Assembly: GCA_022813965.1 (NCBI GenBank)
Contig: JALDZS010000028.1
Span: 62,001-126,000 of the forward strand
Length of the DNA: 64,000 bases
Origin: Toensbergia leucococca
Taxonomy: Eukaryota
Direction of reading: 5' to 3'
Shown here: positions 1 through 12,921 of the stretch, piece by piece
How positions within the stretch are numbered: the stretch's first letter is position 1
Layout: every line of letters begins with the position of its first letter
Made by a program: the position numbers and the translations under genes
Notes under the pieces: model-generated
Told to the model about the DNA's origin: nothing
The model's input: only the letters and a program-made list of their open reading frames with translations
Databases searched by the model: none

Positions 1-170
1 CAGGTGTAAATCCGATGACTCTCGCCCATACTTCTCGTTGCCCACCTTTGCAACGAATTCCATTATTCGAGATTACAAAGGGGCTTTCCGCACAAAAGCT
101 TTAGAACGTCGAAGGCGTCATCACTGGTCTCTGGCCCAAAAGCTCTAATCCGACCGCCCTTTCCACTAAT

Positions 171-1059
171 TCATGCCCCTATGTCCCTTCTTGTGCCGAA
201 GTAGTCGAATGTGCTGGTAATTTCAGAGAAGTCTGTTGCTCTCGTAGCTCCTTCAACATTCGACCATCTAATAACATGACACAAAGCTTTAACAAGATCC
301 TTTGCGAAAACTCCTCCTTTCATTGCTAGACCCAAAAGTTTCTCCATGGGTAAGTCCGGCGCGACTCGAATCCGCCGTACTAAAACCCTCGCAAAGTAGG
401 TCCGAAAGCAAAGGTCTGACTCAGGGATGTTTCCATAGACATGGTAGGCAACGTCGATAAATTGAGCCGGAAATTTTTGAGCATACTCATGCTCTTTTAA
501 TCTTGAGAGGACGTAATCCTGCAAGTCCTTTAGCTGATACTTCCCCCCGACTATGTACATGTTCCCAAGATGCTTGAGTGCACCAAAGCTATTGGGATCG
601 AAGCCAACGCTCTCAGCACGATTGAAGGCACCAGTATAGAGCCAAGAAAGGAGGCAGCCAATTTCCGGAGCAGTATCCTCGGGCAAAACAATCACTCCAG
701 TCTCGGCTTCCTTGAAATCAGAGGAACATAGACGAGCAAACACCGGACTTTGAGAAAGATAGGACTGATGAGCTGCAAAGTGGTGTCTCTCTGGGCCTCC
801 GAAGAGAGTGAAGACAGGCGAATCAAAAGCCCTATAAGCGGTCAGCTTCCAAAATGTGCGTTTATGTGAGAAGCTCTCGAATTCGAGACGTCACATACAG
901 GCCATTGCTGTCGATGATAGAAATCTCGTCTACATGTGGACGCTTGGCTGGAACAATGAGCGGTGGCAGCTGGATCGCTTTCGATGTTGGTAACGTATTT
1001 GTCGTGTTTGTAGGCGAAAACGTTGATGCTATAGAGTGGCTCGGCGGTGAGGCATCCAT
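171..1059 (-). CDS. BTB/POZ domain protein (2 exons)
   Basis: Exon 1 MDASPP...SNG, then a GTATGT..GCTGAC..TAG intron, then AFDSPVFTLFGGPERHHFAAHQSYLSQSPVFARLCSSDFKEAETGVIVLPED...LSWLYTG...YIVGGKYQLKDLQ, the typical fungal BTB signature. Confidence 0.85.
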
Positions 1060-2097
1060 GGAGTAAGAAGTGATTGTAAGCCGTCTTCCGCTTGACCGTA
1101 AGTGTAAGGCTTGTCACGCTGCCGATAGCCAGTAAATCAGAAGTGTATCTTTTTAGTAGTACGAGGAAACGGCCAAGAAGAAGTCAACGTGTGAAATGAA
1201 ATGGTAGGTAGGTAAGTCATTAGTGAGATCAAGGTGCTTCACTAGACTTAACGCAAGGTGACGGAAAAAGTGTCATTCTGTTGAGTATCGTAATAATTGC
1301 TTCGTTAAGCTTGATGGTCTGGTTCTCTTGCCGCTTTGCAAAATCACTACCAACTAATACTACGAACACGTTAACCAAGACTGGGATGTTTTTGCTGGCA
1401 AAAGTCTTCCTTGTACGAAATGAAATATGCTTACGATTGAAACATGTTTTCATTCAACAAGGAACAACGGTGCAGGTATCACATCGAAAATCCTCTCATT
1501 TCCCTCAATGTGATTACTCTCCTCAACAGCCACCTGGCCGTTTTGTCCCACCATATACACAAAAGCCCATACACACAACGGCAAGCTTCATCACTCTCGG
1601 TACTCTTCAATCGTTGTGTAGAAGCTACTCTACCAAGCGACCAATGATCCTCTATATTGTGTTAGCAGGAGGAAGAAGGATTACATTTACTCGACACATG
1701 ATACATACCTGAGACAGATTGGCACGCGATGCGGATAAATCAGGCCTGCTACCTTGCAATTTCCTTCGTTTCATTTGGTAACCGTCTACCACGTTGCCTA
1801 TCATCAATACTATAGTATCCACTGGTCTTTAGTCATAAACGTCTTCATCAGTTTCCAGTCACGACCTTCCGTTCAGTATTACTCTCACTTGACTAGTATC
1901 AGTCTCAACGGGTTCAATTACCGGTTGTTGAAAACTGTACTACACACTGAATCAGCGTAGTCACGTATGGTAAGATGGGCATCTTGGGGCGGGTATGAAC
2001 GGACAATCGGAATTTTGAAATAAGAGATATTTGGCTTAGAACGATTACAATCGTGGTGGAATTGATTATCTCTGGACGAGGAAAAATGCCAAATATG

Positions 2098-2952
2098 TTA
2101 TACGCTGCGAACAATCCCTTCGAGTCGTTCACCGGTGCTTTTTCTCGCTGCTACCTCCTCTAAGCCTACTGGAGTAATCTCCTCGGCTACTGATGGATTG
2201 AAAGCCCAGTACACAGATCGGACGAGGTCTTCAGCAAAATCTCCCGTAGCTTCCAGATGCTTCACGAGGCCAGTAAGTTGCCTTTCATTCAAGAATTTGA
2301 TGACGGCTGGCGTATTCCCCAGGAAATATTAACGAAAGGCCTCATCTGAGGTTGAGGTCTTATCATATACATCCTGAGCAACATAGAAGATATGTACAGG
2401 ATGGGCGTACGGCCTCGATTGGAGGTTGGAAATAATAGTCTCTTGCATATCTTTCAGTTGGTACTTTCCAGCAAGAACGTATGTTACCCCAATCTGCTTG
2501 GCTTCAGAGCTGGACAGAGGCGTTTAACATCTGGCAAGTTTGAAAGTCCCGGCATACAGAAACTTAAGAATGCTTCCGAATGCCTCTGGATCATCCTCTG
2601 GCAGAGTGATGGTGCTAGAACCTTTTTCGGATAGGCATAGAGATTTCAATGTTGAAATCTTGGAGAGGATAGACTCATGGGCGATGAAGAGACGTCTTTG
2701 AGGCTCTTTGTCAAGTGAAAAGACTTGGGAATCAAAACGCCTGCAGGTAGTCAGCACCGCGCCATGATCTGAGCAGTGCTGGGCTTCAAGTGAAAGGCTG
2801 TTATATACCCCATCCCTGTCATCAATCTGTGCGTTGTCTAAGTGTGCACGCTTGGCTGAGACAACAGAGGATGACGGTGAAAGCGACCGCTTCAGAGATG
2901 CCTTGTGATCTCGGAGATAGCCCAAATACATGTTCGAGGATTCTTGAGCCAT
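2098..2952 (-). pseudogene. Tandem BTB/POZ paralog with two in-frame TAA stops
   Basis: FDSQVF..FIAHESILSK..ITLPEDDPEAFGSILKFLYAG, then TAA (2524-2526). The same frame continues TYVLAGKYQLKDMQ..DEAFR, TAA (2329-2331), YFLG..GDFAEDLV, collinear with the 171..1059 paralog. Confidence 0.75.
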
Positions 2953-3972
2953 GGCTGATACTTGACTGATGACGAAAAGTACGATGACTTAGGTTGTTAT
3001 CGGCCCGCCGCAGTAAGAACGGGGATTACTTGAAAGAATGATGAACATAGCAGTAACGACTCCAGAATCCGGTCTTGTAAATACCTTTCAATAAACGCCA
3101 AATACTGAAAAAGAGGCGAATAGAAAAGTTGAGCTTAGAGACTTCTTGTAGGATTACCTTTAGATTACAGCTTTACCTTGAAGAGGCGAGTAGTAAATGG
3201 AGTCGGAATCAAGATCGTCAAACATATGCCGTCTTGGATATGATTCTCTTACTTCGTTGTATCTTCTCGAGTATCTTCTCGACAAAGCCCCCCAAGTTGT
3301 CCTCTCTAACGGTCACTACGCTAAATGATATCAAAATTTTTTGGAATTGCTTGCAGCCACTTACTAAAGCCTTCTCAGCTCGAATTCAATTGCTTGGTTA
3401 CAAAGGAATGTGTTATCAACAGCAATGAGAAAGAATACCAACATCATCCTAAAAACCCCTGCAGTCATTCTTGGTGTAATTATCTTTCAAAAGGTCATAC
3501 TCATCCTTGAGGCCCTCACATGGCTGCTCTTCAACGAGATAAGAAAAGATTTCTACGCAAATGTTACGTAGAAGTCCTGCATCTGACCTTGGCTCCAATG
3601 ACGGTGCTCTTGAGGCGGCAGCTTCATGTCTGGTTCTCGATTTTTTTTCGCCAAGCGGAATGATCGGATAATCGTACCAAGTAGTAAAGCATCAACTTCA
3701 CATTTCAAATAGAGCTCTTATTTGCTCTGATTTGCTTGATTGCTAGCTAAGATCTGGAATGGTCCAATCAGCATCTGGAGTTCCATTTCTGTCCTTCCAG
3801 GAGAGCATACCGTTGGCCAGAGTGCCCGTCCCCACCCCATACCCGGTACCACCGACCCTGTGATACGGCTTTACCTTGCTTGAGATATGACACACTAGTT
3901 ACTCTGGACTTAGTTGTAGCTAAAGATACCCCGGGATTTCAAGAGCCTCCGTTATATTGCTGAGGTTTGAAT

Positions 3973-5325
3973 CTATGAAAGAAGGTCCGCGACTAGTCAA
4001 GAGTCAGAGTTGCGTCAAGATAGGCTTTGGCGTACACATACCATTCATTGGCATCTCGTCAATCTGTGTTGAGTAGTACACTAGAGGACAATTAGCTTGA
4101 AGATGCTCTCACATCCACAAATTGAACCTACACTCGATATCACGCAAAATGCGAACGTCTTCGCTAGTAACGAAATTGATAGCAACGCCCTTTCTCCCGA
4201 ATCTCCCACTTCGACCGATCCTATGGATGTAGTTTTCACGGTTGCTCGGTAGGTCGTAGTTAATTACCAGAGAGACTTGCTGAACGTCGATTCCTCGAGC
4301 CCAAACGTCAGTAGAGATGAGCACACGAGAGTTGCCTTGGCGAAAGTCTTGCATAATGCTGTCCCGCTCTTTCTGCGGCATTTCTCCGTGCATAGAAGAA
4401 ACGGTGAAATTTGCTTCTCGCATCTTGTCGGTAAGCCAGTCAACCTTCCTCCGGGTATTACAGAATATCACTGCTTGCGTGATAGTGAGGGTATCGTAAA
4501 GATCACACAATGTATCGAATTTCCACTCTTCCTTTTCCACAGCGATAAAGTACTGCTTCAAACCTTCCAATGTCAATTCGTCGCGTTTCACTAAGATCCG
4601 GACTGGGTCAGTCATGAACTTTGTCGTCATGTCAAGTACATCATATGGTAGGGTGGCAGAGACTACTACAACCTGAGTTGCAGGTGGAAGGTAGCGGTAG
4701 ACATCGTAAATCTGCTCCCTAAATCCACGGTTCAGTAACTCGTCAGCCTCGTCCAAGACCAGCATCTTGATGTGACGAGTGCGGAGATTACGGCGCCGGA
4801 TCATATCAGCAACTCGGCCTGGCGTGCCCGAAACAATATGCTGGCCGTAATCTAGTTTCCGAATATCTTCTCCAACGTTGGTACCACCAATGCACGCATG
4901 GCACTGGACGTTCATATAATCTCCAAGCGCCATGACCACAGATTGGATTTGGGTAGCAAGTTCCCGAGTAGGTGAAAGAACCAGGGATTGTGTCTCTCTG
5001 ACAGCGGTATCGATGACTTGAAGCATACTAATAGAAAACGTCGCGGTTTTTCCAGTACCAGATTGCGCTTGGGCGATGGTGTCGCGACCCTTACAGATTT
5101 GGACGATAGCACGAGATTGAACAGCAGACGGGGATTCGTATCCATATGCGTAGATACCGCGCAAGAGATTCTCTTTCAAATGCATCGCCTCAAAGGTAGG
5201 GGCAACTGTCACCTCCTTCGATGTGGAGAACTCCATCTTCTCTGCTTGATAATCAGCCGACGGTACAATTTGGAGTGACCTGGAGTGAGCTTACCCTCAG
5301 CTTTCCTATCGATTCCTTCTGCCAT
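3973..5325 (-). CDS. FAL1: DEAD-box RNA helicase eIF4A-III / Fal1 (exon junction complex core)
   Basis: Motifs [29 protein letters not shown] and [13 protein letters not shown]. The 5' exon is [10 protein letters not shown] and the 3' exons are [13 protein letters not shown] and VADLLS*. Confidence 0.96.
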
Positions 5326-5594
5326 GATGCTGGTATTCAGTGTCTCGGATTTCCTAGATTGATGATGAAGTGTTGTACTTCGTACTGAAAGAGTTGCGGA
5401 GCTCAAAATTGCTAGCGTTGAATTGTCGCCGCAGCTTCTAATTGGTCATCCGCACTTCAGTTCTTTCAACCTTATCCTGGCCATCACACACTCCTGGTAG
5501 TCTGAAATAGCAACCTGGACCCCACTGAACTCTTGAGGAGGCACTTTTTCTTTATCCTTGGCTTATCTGCAAGACTTTGCTGTGCTCTAGAACG

Positions 5595-7228
5595 ATGCTC
5601 CTCGAGGAGCAGAGGTTCCTCCATGAGGATCTTGAAAGATTAGAGCAGGGTATCAGTGATCGAATCGCGGAAGATCCAAGACATGTACGTGTCTTTTCTT
5701 TCCGCATACTTTGCTTCTTGTAGAGCTAATCAGAAAACTTAGATTCGTGACCGATTAAATCGTGACCACCAGATTTCCGGTTTCCTAAATCGCATCCAGG
5801 GGCAGTCCAAGCGGCTACTTGACATATACAACGATGCTGAAGGCCTACGCACGCATGAGGTTCAGTCTATATCTACCGGTGACCCTTTCGATGAGTTCTA
5901 CAAACAGTTGAATCAAATTAAGGATTTTCACCGAAGATATCCTAATGAGCCAGTAGAGAATCTGGAAAGGGCATATAAGCGTAAAGCGCTGGGGGAGGGC
6001 GAGTCCGCAACCTCGGAAATCGATACCATGTTTACGGGGGAGGAAGCTTTTGGTCGTTTTCTTGATCTCACAACCCTTCACGAGGACTACTTGAATTTAC
6101 CAGGCGTCAAGCGATTATCGTATTTACAGTATCTTACTACATTCGACGCTTTCACAGCACCACAGAACCCCATCAAACGTGTTGACAAGGCTACAGACCA
6201 GTATTTCAATTATGTTGGGCGGCTAGCGACTTATCTCGAAGATTTCCTTAATCGTACACGGCCACTAGATGATTTAGAGAAAGTCTTCACCTCTTTTGAC
6301 CAAGACTTCGAAAAAGCTTGGGAAGTAAACGATGTGCCAGGGTGGGGTGTTGAAGTTCTAGCAGGTCCTTCAGCGCCGATGACTGAAGGCACTGGCGAGG
6401 GGGTTTGGTGCCCAGATTGCGAGAAGGAGTTCAAGAATGCCAATGTTTACAAGAATCATTTGACTGGGAAAAAGCATGTTAAAGCTGCCGAAGCACGTAG
6501 AGCACAGGGTAGCCTGAATGGCTCAACGGGTGGAGAACTGAATGGACATACTAATAGCCGAGGCTCCACAATAGAGAGGCTGAAGGAGCGTGCTATTGCT
6601 GAGCGCGAGTTTCGCGTACGTAAATTGGCGGCGATGATGGAAAGCCAGCGAAGTGATACTCGCGTGAATGTGGAGCGGAAACAGGGCATGACAGAAAGAG
6701 AACGCCAGATGGAGCTTGATGCATTCTTTGCGGAATCTATTGAAGTGGCTCCGCGCAATGGCGAAGACGAATCTGATTCGGACGGTGACGAGAAGATTTA
6801 CAATCCGTTGAAACTACCTCTAGCATGGGATGGTAAACCTATTCCATACTGGCTCTACAAACTACATGGTCTAGGCGTCGAATTTCCTTGCGAAATATGC
6901 GGGAATTTCGTATACATGGGAAGGAGAGCGTTCGACAAGCATTTCAACGAAGCGAGGCACATTTATGGGTTGAAATGTTTGGGCATTACTAATACGACGC
7001 TATTCAGAGAGATCACTGGTATTGAGGATGCTTTGAAATTATGGGACAAGATACAGCGGGACAAGAAGAAGGAGAAAAGTGGCGGTGAGAACGTGGTGCA
7101 AATGGAGGACGCCAATGGTACTGTTATGCCAGAGAAGATATACTACGAGTATGTACCAAACCTTGCTTTTATCAGCTACTTTTAGCTAATCGTTGTCAAA
7201 CAGTCTCCAAAAGCAAGGTCTGCTATAG
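5595..7228 (+). CDS. PRP9: Splicing factor SF3a subunit 3 (Prp9/Sap61)
   Basis: N-terminus MLLEEQRFLHEDLERLEQ, YNPLKLPLAWDGKPIPYWLYKLHGL, Zn finger CEICGN..HFNEARH, and final exon giving DLQKQGLL*. Confidence 0.96.
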
Positions 7229-7832
7229 GCCCTCTCACAGGGCATCTCAGGAGTCGGCAGAGCTGCACTGTACTACGGTCTAGCTTGAAAAGCTCGCGGC
7301 TCGTATTGGATATCGAAGGCCTTCTCGGATGGTATTAGAATCCGTTTATACCAAATCTGCCCTAGGGTTGATATACGGTAATTGCAGTAGCATCTACGCC
7401 ACGACTCTTACCAGGTCATTCAGTTATTGACGATGCATTGAAGATCATTGGTAATAGCAGTTGCTCTTGTCAAGCCTGTAGTAAGCTAACAGTCGTAAGG
7501 TCTTATTCCTTCGGAGGCAATCTCTATTCTGCTCCAAAAACAAGTAGGATAGTAGCAGTTTATGGGTGGTATCGAATGTAATGTTATTATTGACTTGAAT
7601 ACTGATCTTATGTTTGATTATGAGTTGGCAACTTTCGGAAGTGAGCAAACAAGCATTTGCCCTGATCTTCGTTGCAGAAGCTTGTTTTTGGAATTCATCA
7701 AATTTACCCCACGCAAGCTCACATGGCCAAAACAACAATCTCATAATCAAGTACACTGATTTATCCCATTGAAACAAGTCTTACCCAGAACCATTACCTT
7801 CGGTCACCGCAAGTTCCAAGACAGGCTCTACA

Positions 7833-9057
7833 ATGTGTCGGTGAGCTTTTTGTAGATGCTACCTTTTCTTAAGTGAACGTGGTCACTAATCTGTACAGAT
7901 GGTTTGCCTACGTATCCGAGACCGAGGAATGTTTGTTGGAGGACGTCTTAGTCACTCCTGTTAGTCTCCAATAAATTCCCACATGCTGAGAACCTAGCTT
8001 GTACTCAAGAGTAACCTTTCCAATCCAGGCTCATTCCCTCTCCAAGCAAGTCCACGAGCATTACCTACCAAAATTGATCAACCATGATCCGAATGAGATG
8101 ACCACCGAGCATGAGATCTCTGCTCGTAATCGGCTCTTCAACGTGGACGGATTTGGCGTAGCTTGGGTGTGTAAATTGCATCTCTCTAATCACTGACCCT
8201 TTCTATCAGTTGCTAATCTAAATTCAAAGTATACTGCAGCAAGAAATGAATTCAATGAATGCGAAGGGCAGCGTCCGGCTCTCTACAAAGCCGCTCAGCC
8301 CCCTCTTCATGACACCAATTTTCGGAGTATCTGCGCCAACACAGCTACCAAAGCTTGCTTTGCTCATATCCGAGCCGCAACGGCGACAGCCATCACTGCT
8401 GTCAACAACCATCCATTTGTCTTTGGTCGTCATACTTTTATGCATAACGGAGTAGTGACCAATTTCCTTGACATAGGCAGAGATATGTGCGATATGATGG
8501 ATGACGACGCTTACGCAAATATTTCCGGGTCTACAGACTCGGAACATTTCGCAGCACTCTACATGACTTTTCTCACTAACGGAAAGGGCAAAAAGTCCTG
8601 GGAACAAGAGTATTCCGTGTCGGAGATGAGGGATGCCATAAAGAAGGCTATTGAGGCGGTAGTGCAGCTACAACGATCCAAGCTGGATGATAAAGCAGTA
8701 CCCAACAGTCTCAATGTTGCAGCAACAGATGGTACACAGATAGTCGCTTTTCGATTTAGGAACCACAAGTCAGACCAACCACCTTCGTTGTACTATTCCA
8801 CATCGGCTGGGGTCACTTTGAACCGGAAATATCCCGACCACCCAGATGGGAAAGAAAAAGAAGATCCTCAGGCGCCGAAAAAGGCTGAACAGCACGGTAG
8901 CCACGTCATCATCGCTAGCGAGCCATCAACGTACAAGGCGAAGCAGTGGACTTTGATTGAGAAAAACCATTGCATCATGGTAGAAAAAAATGGTTCGGTC
9001 AAATTAGAGGAGGTAAAATATCCTCAAGAATGGAACACGTCGGCCGATGATAACTAA
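7833..9057 (+). CDS. Class II (Ntn) glutamine amidotransferase, Dug3/EgtC-like
   Basis: An 8-nt first exon ATGTGTCG gives MCR|WFAY with the N-terminal nucleophile Cys2. Later motifs are NVDGFGVAW, FAHIRAAT, NNHPFVFGRHTFMHNG, GSTDSEH and IIASEP. Confidence 0.88.
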
Positions 9058-9573
9058 CAAGGCATCTATCTGAATTATAAAAGTACCTGTATTCGATCAG
9101 AGAGCAATGGAAACCCATGAAGTCGTGTTCTATTCTTACTTGCCTAATCTTGGTCCTAGGTGTAATCGAAGTAGTAATTGAGCCGATGATAGTGAAAGGA
9201 GAGTATGTTGCCATTCGTCGACTTACATGCGCCTTATGATGCCTCGGCCAATTAGACAGGAAGTTGAGCGTACAGCTTCAGGTACAAGGACTATGGTATG
9301 AGAGATATCTACTCGTTCGATTCTGCGAAATGGGAATTTAGATAATGTAACATAAAGAAGGTGAGAGCTGAAGAAAAAGTACTCAAGGTAGCTGCATCGG
9401 GCTTAAGAGGGGCACTCACGATAATACCTTGAGCTAGATGTCGGCTCAGTCAATGATGACGTCCGTTCTCCATGCACATTTTTGCACATATTTGAACATG
9501 GAAAATGGCACTCGCCCATCACTATCAGATTATCAAAGCAAAAAACAACGTTCGCATCTTGAATAGAATCAGT

Positions 9574-10218
9574 ATGGCATCAGCACAATCGCTTCAAGAT
9601 GACTACGAGATCCGCCCTGATGTTGAGAAGTTGACCTACAACAAGGAAGACCCCAGCCAAAACGCTGAAACCAATGTTGACTATGAGCCACACCCGGAGA
9701 AATCCCTGAAGGTATCCTCTGAGCACCAACGCATTGTCAAAGCCATCACAAGTCTGTATAGCGGGAGTGCGAGTGAGGAAGATATGCAGGTGTATGCCGA
9801 GAAAGCCATCTACGACGACCCTTGGAGCTACTGCGATACGCGGTACAAGATCGCCGGGCAGTGGTATGGTAAGCTGAGCCTCTAGTCGCTTCCTCAAAGA
9901 CCGCATCCAATGGACTGACCATGACTAGGAATCCCAAAGGTGATGGCCTCATCCAAGACACTCAAAACAGAAATCGTCTCGGATTCTCCTACGGAGATTA
10001 TATATAAGCAACAGCAGGAATACAAGCCTCGGGTGGTGCAGTTCTCCAAACCAGTAAACAGCTTAGTGACACTAAGTTTAGATGATGACGGGAAGGTAAA
10101 GTATCACAAGGATATGTGGAACCACAAGGATTATAGCCATGACGGATTGGGGAAGGTGATGAAGACGCTGAACGGCAATTATTTGACCAAGATCACTAGA
10201 CCGCCGGGGGATCTGTGA
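9574..10218 (+). CDS. NTF2/SnoaL-like fold protein (2 exons)
   Basis: VYAEKAIYDDPWSYC..IAGQWYG, a GTAAGC..TAG intron, then IPKV..SLVTLSLDDDGKVKYHKDMWN, an NTF2-like pattern. Confidence 0.7.
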
Positions 10219-11361
10219 AGGGTAGGAGTCGAGACGCGAAATTGACTGGGTTTCAGAAGGCGGTAATAGAAGCGTGGAAAAAGTCGATATTGATCGGCGA
10301 TGATGGCATAATATCCAATAATCTTTTTACTTCTCACAGACTCTGCACCCTCTAAATTTCATGTGTAATGCCTAGATGAATGGGAAAATGGATGCTAAGA
10401 GACATGACAAAGTGTAAGGAAAAGACAGGAGACGGAAAGGCTAAATGCAGCCATGGGAAGACATTAATTAGGAAAAGGATCGCGAGGCTAGACGAGCAGC
10501 AGAAGAACACGGATTGATCTTGGCAAATGTGAAGGCTGAGAAAAGGAGCCATGGTGAAGGAAACCATAGTTGACCGGGCGCTTTGTGGTCTAGAAGAAGT
10601 GTGAAGTGGAACATCGACGAAACACGGCGAGTAGAACAATTAAATCTTTATGAACGAGGGTAGATAGACATGCACACATATGCAAAGTCTGGGATCATCT
10701 GGGGCGTGACATTCGGAAAAGGAAAAGGCACGAGGCATCTTTATAGACGTGTTGGAGTCGTGTTGCTCTCCTCGGCGCGTAACCCTGATCAACGGATGCC
10801 CTCTAACCACAAATCGCCCTCTATTTCTCCACCAGTGCAAGCCCAAAACATCTCATGCTCACCTGTCAACCAATCCATGATCTCCTTTGCCACGAGTAAA
10901 CCTTGCTTCAATTCCCGGCACAGCATTATCATCGTCATCCAGTCCACCCCATCTGTGCCATCGCGTCAGTTACTTCCTTGTGCCAGATTGCCAGCCAAAG
11001 TACTCGTACTGGATCCAAACCTGCAGCAGCCAGCACCCCTCAACGCGCCTTACAATCGTTCAGACTTGCACTTGCCGCAGAACTAATCTTGCCCATCCGT
11101 AAGTCGCGCTATCCACGACCTACACCCAATCTGCTACTCCCACACGCCTCCTTGCTCTTGACTGTAGTGTTACGCCTCACGAGAGCAATATACTCGCTGG
11201 ACCCCCACTGCCTTTCTCTTCTGTCCTCAGGCATTGTCTTCACCCTCTGCTTCACTGCTTCAACTCTTCACATCTACAACAACACTTACTCAACATCACA
11301 CCACTGTCGTTCGACTCGCTAATTGAATTCACATCCAAGACTTTATCTACCTTCTTTCCTT

Positions 11362-11515
11362 TCATCCTAATTCCACTTTACTCCACTACTTCGACACAGC
11401 AACACTTCTCTCATCCTAACTCCACTTTACTCCACTACTTCGACACATTCTACATTTTTCTCATCCTAATTCCACTCTACTCCACTAATCCACTACTTCG
11501 ATACACCTACATTTC
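11362..11515. repeat. Three-copy ~49-50 bp tandem repeat upstream of the 11563 gene
   Basis: TCATCCTAAYTCCACTYTACTCCACTA..CTTCGAYACA begins at 11362, 11411 and 11461. Confidence 0.9.
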
Positions 11516-11562
11516 TCTCGACTTTTTGCAAAAGCCACCATCAATCACTACATCTTTTAGAA

Positions 11563-12921
11563 ATGACCACTCTCGCCCCTCTTCCGACTCCCATGAGACA
11601 GCCTTTCGCGTCTCTTGATGGAACCCGGCTTAGGAACCTCACCAACGTTAAGAATTCCCAGAATGGTAAGCCATCATGAATACATATCTCCCTCAAACAC
11701 ACGCCAACCATCCAAACACGAAATCTTTCCCCTGCTTAGGTAAAAGAACTTCAACTAACACAACTCTTAGCCTTACCCACGACGTTTTCATCCGCAGTCA
11801 AACGTCGCTATTCACCATCAACACTCGACCAAATTGACTCGGAGAACATTGATCCCGACGTCGTTTCTGCACCCACAAAGAAAGCCAAGACGTTCGATGA
11901 GACCATTAGCATGCCAATCAAGCCGTCGGCTTTCATCCTCAAAAATGTGTCTTCTGCTCCATTGTCACTGGTTGGACCGAAGACCAATCCAATTCGCCTT
12001 GACACTCCTCGTACTTCAACACTTGGAGTAAAGCGTAAAGCAAACCAGTCCTCTTCGGCCCCAACAGCTGCCGGTAGATCGCCCAAGAGCAAGCGAATCG
12101 GCATTCTTTCGCGTCGTCGAGCCTCTGCAAGTCCCTTTACCCGTGTAGATCCCCCTTCCTTTTCCACTGGTGGTACAGTCGGTGGTCTGCCCTTCTCAAT
12201 TGATGCCGCTCTCTCCGGTTCTGTTTCCTCCTACGACCCAAAGCCTGCAAAACATGCCAAAATCCGCACTCTCGAGGAATCCATGCCAATGGCATGGATG
12301 TTTAATATCCACGAGGATACTATGGAACAATACTTAGGCAATCTAATTCAACACTCAACCTGTACTTTAGACATCTCAGACGACGAGAGCCGAATCGCCG
12401 CTAAGCATGATAGAGGCAAGGAGAACGTTCCTCCCTCCAATGATCTCTCTGCTTCCACCATTCCGGCCAATGCCGTAGCCGGACCAGTACTAAGAGCTGA
12501 CATGATGACCGATGGATCCCGTAGCCCCCTTGGCGAGCTCGACGCTAAAGACTTTTATGCCGACGGTTGTGATGCCTCCTCATACATCATTATCCCTACG
12601 GACAAATGTGCCGAGAAAGCCAATGATCTTCCAAACACTATCTCGGAAGTCAAAAAGGTTGAGTCAATTGTTCAACCACGTGAAAACGGAATAATCGAAC
12701 CAAAAGACGGGTGGAAAGATTTTCTCGCCAAAGTCAAAGAGTCACAGGAGAGCATTGCTGCCGCTGCTTCAGCATCTACCGTCCTTGAGACTCCCGCAGC
12801 CGAGATTGAGATCTGGGAGAGCGAGAGCGCTAAAGGCGATGATGATGACGAAATCGCTCAGGTCTCTTCGTTGAACTCTGCTATGCCGGTTGCGGATCTC
12901 GCTGACGGAGAGATCTTGTGA
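11563..12921 (+). CDS. Disordered protein with D-box, ABBA-like, KEN and D-box motifs; Acm1-like APC/C inhibitor candidate
   Basis: Exon 1 MTTLAPLPTPMRQPFASLDGTRLRNLTNVKNSQN, a GTAAGC..CTAAC..TAG intron, then FNIHEDT (12301-12321), KEN (12418-12426) and RSPLGEL (12520-12540). Confidence 0.75.

Noticed and set aside
10352..11322. Overlapping 70-140 aa ORFs
   Set aside because: Low-complexity promoter/UTR sequence with no domain signal.
11362..11515. CRISPR-like repeat-spacer appearance
   Set aside because: Eukaryotic context, the intervening bases are similar to each other, and no cas genes are present; it is a minisatellite.
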